Assembly: GCA_016283195.1 (NCBI GenBank)
Contig: JAEEML010000021.1
Span: 1 to 35,777, forward strand
DNA length: 35,777 bases
Direction: 5' to 3'
From: Deltaproteobacteria bacterium
GTDB lineage: Bacteria; JAEEML01
The notes under the pieces were generated by a model. It saw nothing but the letters and a program-made list of their open reading frames with translations. It was not told the origin of the DNA and made no database searches. The first letter of the stretch is position 1. Every line of letters begins with the position of its first letter. A program made the position numbers and the translations under genes. This document shows positions 35,441-35,777 of the stretch, piece by piece.

Positions 35441-35777
35441 TTAGCGCATTTGGCGGATCTTATTAGCGGCTTTGACCGTACATTTATTTATCAGCTCAAT
35501 AAAATGATCGGTCTTATCATTGCCTTTTATGTCGTAGTACTTATTCTTTTGGGGATTATTATTATAAGTTCCCCAAAAACAGATATTTTTGCATTCTTTA
35601 TCGGCAATTTTATATGAGATACAACTATTTAACTGAATATCAGCTTGTTCGTCCTCAATGGCTTTAATAAGAGTCAGGCGCGTGCCGATGCGCTTCATAT
35701 AGGGTGAATCTTCGGCCTGATCCTGGGGATTATTCCGCAAATGGCTAAAAACCTTTTCCAGCCAGGCTTCAGTGGCC
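35441..35777 (-). CDS. 3' end of a hypothetical gene entering from the right edge
   Basis: The frame is open to the window edge (...ATEAWLEKVFSHLRNNPQ...); AT-rich; no family recognised. Confidence 0.6.
   Translation of the reverse strand, partial: ATEAWLEKVFSHLRNNPQDQAEDSPYMKRIGTRLTLIKAIEDEQADIQLNSCISYKIADKECKNICFWGTYNNNPQKNKYYDIKGNDKTDHFIELINKCTVKAANKIRQMR

Noticed and set aside
1318-35617. Many short alternative-frame and antisense ORFs in the track
   Set aside because: They are shadows of well-supported genes, with no independent motifs or RBS.

Overview
Bacterial chromosomal window. A TIGR02266-type PilZ gene, a 7TM-HD/ybeY pair, a TraB-like barrel-TSP3-OmpA gene and a sigma54 promoter suggest a Myxococcota-like deltaproteobacterium; FISUMP and Cthe_2159-type lipoproteins suggest a gut or anaerobic habitat (both are inference). 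Most of the window is housekeeping and envelope genes: an MMPL transporter, bioB, rtcB, a GH13 enzyme, ybeY, ssb, lipA, mgtE, a 5'-nucleotidase, gdhA and a WYL regulator. No CRISPR array, rRNA, tRNA, transposase or integrase was recognised. Main observations: (1) An unannotated sigma54 transcription unit lies upstream of rtcB (candidate enhancer repeats, consensus IHF site, consensus -24/-12 box). It would give a structured RNA of about 300 nt with a 14-bp closing stem, a hidden 41-codon ORF and an intrinsic terminator ending about 35 nt before rtcB. (2) A Cys-rich FISUMP lipoprotein gene is bracketed by a ~33-bp imperfect direct repeat that copies the 3' end of the upstream gene. (3) The TraB-like gene is split in frame by two consecutive TAG codons. 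(4) An HPr-kinase-like plus radical SAM/SPASM pair has no visible precursor or PqqD. (5) There are several intergenic hairpin clusters and possible deletion remnants.
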